Positions 25,480 to 25,683 of a DNA stretch of 25,683 nucleotides are shown here, piece after piece. Numbering within the stretch: the stretch's first letter is position 1; every line of letters starts with the position of its first letter. The position numbers and the translations under genes were made by a program. Source of the DNA: Syntrophomonadaceae bacterium (lineage in GTDB: Bacteria; Bacillota; Dethiobacteria; PWVN01); NCBI GenBank assembly GCA_007136165.1, contig SLHK01000121.1, positions 1 to 25,683 of the forward strand, read 5' to 3'. The notes beneath the pieces were generated by a model, which did no database searches, had not been told where the DNA came from, and saw only the letters and a program-made list of their open reading frames with translations.

Positions 25480-25618
25480 TAAAATTATTCAGAAGTATCT
25501 TGTTATTTTTATCTTATATGGAGCAATCTGAAGGTTTTGGGACTGTTTATATAGAAATAATGAATATACCCTGAGTTTCCATAGATTCAGGCCAATTAAA
25601 ATTTTTAGGAGGATTCTC

Positions 25619-25683
25619 ATGCTAAAATTTTATTGTTTTCCCACGTGAACTACCTGCAGAAAAGCGAAAGCGTGGCTTTCAGA
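25619..25683 (+). CDS. ArsC/Spx-family protein, 5' part only, with in-frame UGA (probable selenocysteine, UxxC)
   Basis: AGGAGG RBS (25607-12), ATG 25619; reads MLKFYCFPT-UGA-TTCRKAKAWLS, matching the family N-terminus Y..P.CxxCRKAKxWL. Confidence 0.8.

Noticed and set aside
14257-25683. Mrp operon as a tRNA-integrated genomic island
   Set aside because: No integrase, no repeated tRNA 3' end and no mobility genes within the window.

Overview
Chromosomal window from a moderately GC-rich, probably spore-forming Bacillota (Clostridia-like; inferred from spoVS, sigH-like promoters and gene order). Left half (minus strand): the conserved rny-ymdB-spoVS ... miaB-mutS-mutL-miaA backbone, interrupted by a PHP gene, a Na+-pumping decarboxylase cluster (gamma/delta, biotin carrier, beta; no carboxyltransferase) and a membrane protein. 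Centre: divergent sigA promoters for rny (with a ~190-nt highly base-paired leader) and a lone tRNA-Trp, separated by a palindromic tandem repeat. Right half: a 12-gene Mrp-like operon (B, C, D, E, F, G, DUF4040, MbhE-like, then four more antiporter-like genes). It has five antiporter-like subunits, no redox or catalytic subunits, and a last subunit with an internally duplicated ~185-aa lateral-helix region. At the right edge a divergent gene missing from the ORF track starts an ArsC/Spx-family protein with an in-frame UGA at the first Cys of CxxC, probably a selenoprotein. Best leads: the five-module Mrp with long lateral helix, the UxxC ArsC/Spx gene, the rny leader RNA and an in-frame degenerate duplication of the rny 3' end. 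All family assignments come from motif recognition; no database search was run.
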